The position numbers were made by a program, and so were the translations under genes. The notes under the pieces were generated by a model, which was given only the letters and a program-made list of their open reading frames with translations, was not told the origin of the DNA and ran no database searches. This document shows positions 60,420 through 64,000 of a stretch of DNA of 64,000 nucleotides, one piece after another. The stretch's first letter is position 1. Every line of letters starts with the position of its first letter. The stretch comes from Squalus acanthias (Eukaryota). Where the stretch lies: positions 80,106,001-80,170,000 of the forward strand of contig CM059432.1 of assembly GCA_030390025.1 (NCBI GenBank). Direction: 5' to 3'.

Positions 60420-61450
60420 AAGTAACCTGCATTTACAGATCATCTTTCATATCCTCAGGATGTCCCAACGCAGTTCACAGCCAATTAATTACTTTTGAAG
60501 TGTTGGCAAAAAAGGCCCACAATCAGCAATGACCAGTTAGTCCAAGAACGTAAGCAATAGCAGGAGTAGGCCATATTGCCGCTTGAGCCTGGTCTGCCAT
60601 TCAATATGATGCTGATCTTCGACAGAAAGTCTACTTTCCCGCCCATTCTCCATATCCCTTGATTCCTTTAGAGTCCAAAAATCTGCTGATCTCAGCCTTG
60701 AATATACTCAATGACTGAGCATCCACAGCCCTCTGGGGTAGAGAATTCCAAAGATTCACAACCCTCTGAGTAAAGAAATTTCTTCTAATCTCAGTCCTAA
60801 ATTGCCGACCCCTTATCCTGAGACAATGCCCCCTAGTTCTAGATTCTCCAGCCAGGGGAAACAGCCTCTCAGCATCGATCCTATCAATCCCTCTCAGAAT
60901 CTTATATGTTTCAATGAGATCATCTCTCATTCTTCTAAACTCCAGTGTATAGGCCCAATCTACTCAATCTCTCCTCATAGGACAACCCTCTCATCCCAGG
61001 AATCAATCTAGTGAACCTTTGTTGCACCCCCTCCAAGGAAAGTATATCCTTCCTCATATAAGGAGACCAGAACTGTGCGAAGTATTCTAGGTGAGGTCTC
61101 ACCAAAGCCCTGTACAGTTGTAGCAAGACTTCCTTACTCTTGTACTCCAACCCCCTTGCAATAAAGTAGTCTGTTTTGGGGGCTATCAGTTGAGGAATAA
61201 ATGTTGACCAGAACACCAGGAGAACTCCCTGCTCTTCTTTAAATAGTGCCAATTGCTATTTTACACCACCTGAGCAGGCAGATGGCACCTTGGTTTAATA
61301 TTGAATCCAAAAGGCAGCACCTCCAACAATGCAGCATTCTCTTTGTACTGCACTGAAGAGCCAGCCTGAATTATGTGCTCAAGTCCTGAGTAGGGCCTGA
61401 ACTTTCTGACTGAGAGGCAAGAGTGCTACCACTGAGCCAACCGAACACTT
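60420..61450 (-). mobile_element. Deu-domain SINE split by a CR1 3' fragment (60543-61166, -)
   Basis: SINE head and core at 61172-61450, tail at 60420-60537. The CR1 is flanked by TAGTC (60538-60542, 61167-61171). Confidence 0.72.
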
Positions 61451-61649
61451 GAGCATTTAAGGGTGGATTTATTCACTATTTGTAGGGAAATCATAAATGC
61501 ATGTAAACAGAACAGTTTCCACACAGTTTTAAAGCCTTTTACAAAACAGAGGACTTAATTCTCAAAGATGGCATTTCAGAATAAAACTGATACTGAAGGT
61601 TTACAATGATACACAAAGCAAAACTGTCTTGTGATATGACAACACTAAC

Positions 61650-63060
61650 AAGGCACATTTATTGCCCATCCCTGTGAAGGCCGTGGGATTTCTCCTTGAA
61701 CCGCTGCAGCCCCTGTGGTAATGATGCTTGCATGATGATATTAGGCAGGAAATTCCATACTTATGATCCAATGATGATAAAGGAATGACGGTACATATCT
61801 AAGTCAGGGCGGCATGTAACTTGGAGGTCTCATGCTCCCATAATATTGTTGTTCTTGTCCTTCTCGGTAGTAGAGGTCACAGGGCTGGGAGGTGCTATTA
61901 AAATAAGCATCAATTCCTGCAGTGCATCCTGTAGATGGTACATACTGTGCCAATGGTGGAGGAGGTGATATTGAGTTCAGTGGCAATGGTGCTGATCAAG
62001 TGAACTGGTATACAATCCTGCTGATGGTTCACATTACTTCATGAATACCCGACTTTGGGCTGCAAGAGCTCTCCTTAGTTTGTCCCACTTAGCATGGTGG
62101 TAGTGCCACACTAAAGACGAGACTTTGTCTTCACAAGAACTGTGCAGTGGCCACTTCTAACAATGCTATTGTGGACAGATGTGTCTGCAACAGAGAGAGG
62201 TATGTTTGTGAGGGCAAATCGAAGTGGGTTATTCCCTTGTGTTGGTTTCCTCACACCTGACCAGTCTGGCAGCTATGTCCTTCAGGACTCAGTAGTACCG
62301 AGCTAGTCTTGAACATTTAAGTCCCCCACCCAGAGTACATTTTATGTCTGGTTTTCTGCAGTGCTTGCTCCTAGTTTTTAAAGAGGTCTTTAAAATTATG
62401 AAGGGGTTCAATAGGGTAGACGTAGAGGGGAAGTCCAAAACTAGGTGCCATAAATATAAGATGGTCACTAATAAATCCAAACTTCTTTTCTCAAAGAATA
62501 GTGAGAATGTGGAACTTGGTACCACATGGAGTGATTGAGGCAAATAGCATAGATGCATTTAAGAGGAAGCGAGATAAGTACATGAGGGAGAAAGAAATAG
62601 GATATGATGATAGGGTGAGATGAAGTAAGGTGGAAGGAGGCCTGTGTGGAACATAAACACTGGCATAGACCTGTTGGGCCGAATGGCCTGTTACTGTGCT
62701 GTAAAATTCTTACGTAATTCTAGTTTTGAACATGAAGAGTACTGATAAGTCAGTTGAGGGGGGATGGGAGCAGCTGGTAATCATCAAGAAGTTTCCTTGG
62801 CCTTGTTTAGTCTGTAGCCATGAAACTTCATGGGGTCCAGAGCCAATGCTGAAGACTCCCAGAGAGACAAACCCAATTGTGTGTATACCACTGTGCTCCC
62901 TATGGTGAGTCTATCATGCCAATGAGATAAGACAATGGTGATGGAGGATTCAGGGATGTTGGTTGATAGATGTAATTCTGTGAGTATGATTATATCATGC
63001 TGTTGCGTGACTAGTCTGTAGGACAGCTCTCCCAATGTGGGCACCAGCCTGCGATGTTTG
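61650..63060 (-). mobile_element. Old fragments of the LINE family at 43522-44567, with a nested CR1 3' piece (~62375-62720, +)
   Basis: CATTTATTGCCCATCCCT..TTGAACCGCTGCAG is shared with 43568-43634. APE-like GELSYRLV..DIIILTE at 62784-63044. Confidence 0.65.
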
Positions 63061-64000
63061 AGGCCACAATGGAAGGGCTTTAAAAGCAGCTGCTATTATG
63101 ACGTCATCATAGGCAGCCAGCCGACCCGATCCCACTCATTGGACCGGCCAGCGCGCCTCCATGAAATTAAAAAGGTACTTTAATAAAAATCGCAACTCTG
63201 CAGCTGTTCCCGCCGGAAGTGGCTCCTGAACCTGCCCACCACGCAACCCGACTCCAAGCCGCCTCGTGAATTAAAGTCGAGCCCTTGGTGTCTGGAGGCA
63301 CCCAGTAATGTAAAACATTAGGGTGGTAGTTACTTCTCTTCGACTATGAGCATTGTCCTGATGTTGTTGCTTGGTTCCAGGTCTGAAATTATGTCCCTTT
63401 GGTGATGCATCTCTTTAAATACTGTCCCTCACTGAGACGCAGATAGGTGGCATTTCAGCAACACTCACACTGCAGTGGATAAGTGGATAGTAGCAAGTCT
63501 TCAATGCCTGTCTCTACAGTCTTGAACTTTCTGGGCATGGCATCCTACTCTCCCTCTCCTCTAAAATATTTCGCACGGAGATGATAGTTCCAAACCTATG
63601 CCGCTATCTTCATCGAAAGACTCCTCATTCACTAGTTTGGTAAACTACCCATGCTCTGCTCAGCCCTGGAGCTCTATATGTTCCCTCTAGTGCTTTTAAA
63701 GCAGCTTCAACTGTGTGAAATTAACACAATGTGCAAATCAAGTAAATCCTGAGTGAATTTACATGTTAACCATTAATTAATGCTTAATAAGCAATCAACA
63801 AATAAAGTGTTAACGCTAAGTCAATGCATTACAGTCTATTACTCCCGGGAACAATTCTGTAAATTTGTTGCACGTGCTTGAACAGAAACAGAAACTATCT
63901 GGTAACACTTAATACTAATTCAGGTTAATTCTACTTACCACACACTTGAAATTAGGAATGATTGCGTCCTTATAGGAATATGGATATAGTAGCATTTGTG

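Overview
Repeat-dense vertebrate DNA, most likely from a cartilaginous fish (inferred from HE1/V-SINE-like and Deu-domain SINEs and the CR1 types). It is probably intronic, with only weak candidate host exons on the + strand. Most of the window is nested mobile DNA. (1) Five PIF/Harbinger copies or relics, including a nearly intact 4258-bp element (15779-20036) with 16-bp TIRs, a 3-bp TSD, an intact DDE transposase and a spliced Myb/SANT-like partner gene, plus several MITEs. (2) About a dozen CR1 LINEs, one with an uninterrupted esterase-APE-RT frame (36659-40258). (3) L2-group LINE fragments and SINEs. (4) Short retroposed repeats carrying minimal type I hammerhead ribozyme motifs of two families, probably Penelope-derived. 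The strongest non-obvious signals are a (T/G)-TTA-AAC-stop heptamer at all five CR1 ORF1/ORF2 junctions with ORF2 in the -1 frame (candidate programmed -1 frameshift), the hammerhead-headed ~145-bp insertions with TSDs, and a TGACGTCA-~130 bp-TATTTAAA promoter geometry shared by divergent Harbinger families. All calls were made by eye. Boundaries of decayed elements are approximate.
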